From positions 1 to 44,312 of the forward strand of contig CAUZSY010000001.1 of the NCBI GenBank assembly GCA_963582725.1: a stretch of 44,312 nt of DNA. Direction: 5' to 3'. The stretch is from Candidatus Thalassarchaeaceae archaeon (GTDB lineage Archaea > Thermoplasmatota > Poseidoniia > Poseidoniales > Thalassarchaeaceae). The position numbers and the translations under genes were made by a program. The stretch's first letter is position 1. Each line of letters opens with the position of its first letter. This document shows, piece after piece, positions 43,339 through 44,312 of the stretch. The notes under the pieces were generated by a model. That model saw nothing but the letters and a program-made list of their open reading frames with translations. It was not told where the DNA came from and did no database searches.

Positions 43339-44312
43339 GATGAACACAGCCATGCACCGCAGAATAGCGGTCCATCTCATCCTCGCGATGATGCTCGCGA
43401 CGCCCTGGCTGTCCTCTCTTCATACCGATGAGGAGGTGATGGGTGACCGGGTCGAGGGTGAGCGGCAGCAAGGTGAGCGGCTGGCCGGCGATGGGACCGA
43501 AGGTCAAGGGTTGGTCGGAGAAGGACAGGCAGGCGAGTCTGGAACATCCGCCGAGTCGGCTGCCCAGAGCGAGACCTACCGCGTGCCTCTCGACATCTGG
43601 TCGACCGATTATGTCGACGACTACTTCCCGTGGGGCGGCGACGACCGAGCCCAGTTCAAGGAGTACCACGACTACTTCTCGATGAAGGAGCGGATGCAGT
43701 ACCTCGCCGACCGGCATCCGAGTTTCATGGAGTTCCACGAAGGCATGCCGGGCGGTCTGAACGCGCGCGGCGACGAGACTACATTCGACTCGTACGAGGG
43801 CTGGTTCTACAACCACCCGAGTCCATGGCTGAAGATCACCGCCGAGGTGCCGTTGGGAGACTGCAACGAGTTCGTCGGCGACTGCGGCAACTACGCTGAC
43901 CGGCCCGACGTGATGCTGGTCGGCAACCACCACGCCCGCGAGTGGATGTCGTACGAGGTGCCGATGTTCTTCGCCGAGACCATCGCATATTACTACGGCA
44001 AGGCGGGCATCGACAACGACGGCGACGGCCAGTTCGACGAGGATCCCTGGGGTGATGCTGACGGCGACGGCGTGCTCGACGATGACGGCGACTGTCTCTC
44101 ATTGAACGGCTCCGAGCAGGACAGTAACGGCGATGGTATCCCCTGCGGACCCGGCGACCACGGCGTCGACGAGGATTTCTCGGAGCAATTCATCACCGAC
44201 ATGGTCAACACTCGCGAGATCTATCTGATTCCAATGCTCAATGTCGATGGCAACCGCTACGACCGCGAGGAGTTCTGCGGCGAGACGGCGTGGGAGAACT
44301 GTCCTCGGAGCG
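43339..44312 (+). CDS. secreted M14-family zinc carboxypeptidase (3'-partial, runs off the window) with acidic Ca-binding-repeat insertion
   Basis: My own translation; not in the track because there is no stop. Signal-like 'MNTAMHRRIAVHLILAMMLATPWL'. 'VMLVGNHHAREWMSYE' (HxxE Zn motif). 'DNDGDGQFDEDPWGDADGDGVLDDDGDC'. 'IPMLNVDGNRY'. No in-frame stop to 44312. Confidence 0.8.

Noticed and set aside
43229-43933. 234-aa minus-strand ORF, the only long track ORF in this region
   Set aside because: The plus strand encodes an open frame to the window edge with M14 carboxypeptidase motifs (HAREW, NVDGNRY) and a signal peptide. The minus ORF is its antisense shadow.

Overview
High-GC (about 60-65% by eye) chromosomal segment that looks archaeal. 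Supporting genes are the conserved L21e-Rpo4/F-DUF655-KsgA cluster, tRNA pseudouridine synthase Pus10, a Fap7-like NTPase and an archaeal-type phosphoglycerate kinase. A marine planktonic euryarchaeote (Marine Group II/Poseidoniales-like or Thermoplasmata-related) is a plausible source, but that is inference only. I call about 45 protein genes and one tRNA-Thr(CGU). I saw no rRNA, CRISPR array, transposase, integrase or recognisable defence or toxin module. Most content is housekeeping: glycolysis (pgk, gpmA), ion transport (CAX, CorA, MscS, MMPL/RND), Exo VII (xseAB), UppS, PGM/PMM, RidA and Nudix. Because of the high GC, most long ORFs in the track are antisense shadows of real genes. I cannot point to one clear novel system. 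The best candidates for follow-up are: (1) a protein with two to three histone-fold-like repeats split by an acidic linker (29075-29890); (2) an AIM24/DUF124 - unannotated 56-aa zinc ribbon - AIM24/DUF124 cassette (11499-13358); (3) a polyproline/acidic/polytopic membrane protein translationally coupled to another membrane protein (9-3066); (4) a 1040-aa beta-helix plus Ca-binding-repeat surface protein with a sortase-like C-terminal anchor, next to a low-GC island holding a trpF remnant (6180-10094); (5) an uncharacterised HhH + zinc-ribbon gene appended to the L21e-RpoF-DUF655-KsgA cluster (23018-24112); (6) a second low-GC patch with a truncated flotillin (24113-25080). All family calls come from motif recognition by eye. 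No database search was run.
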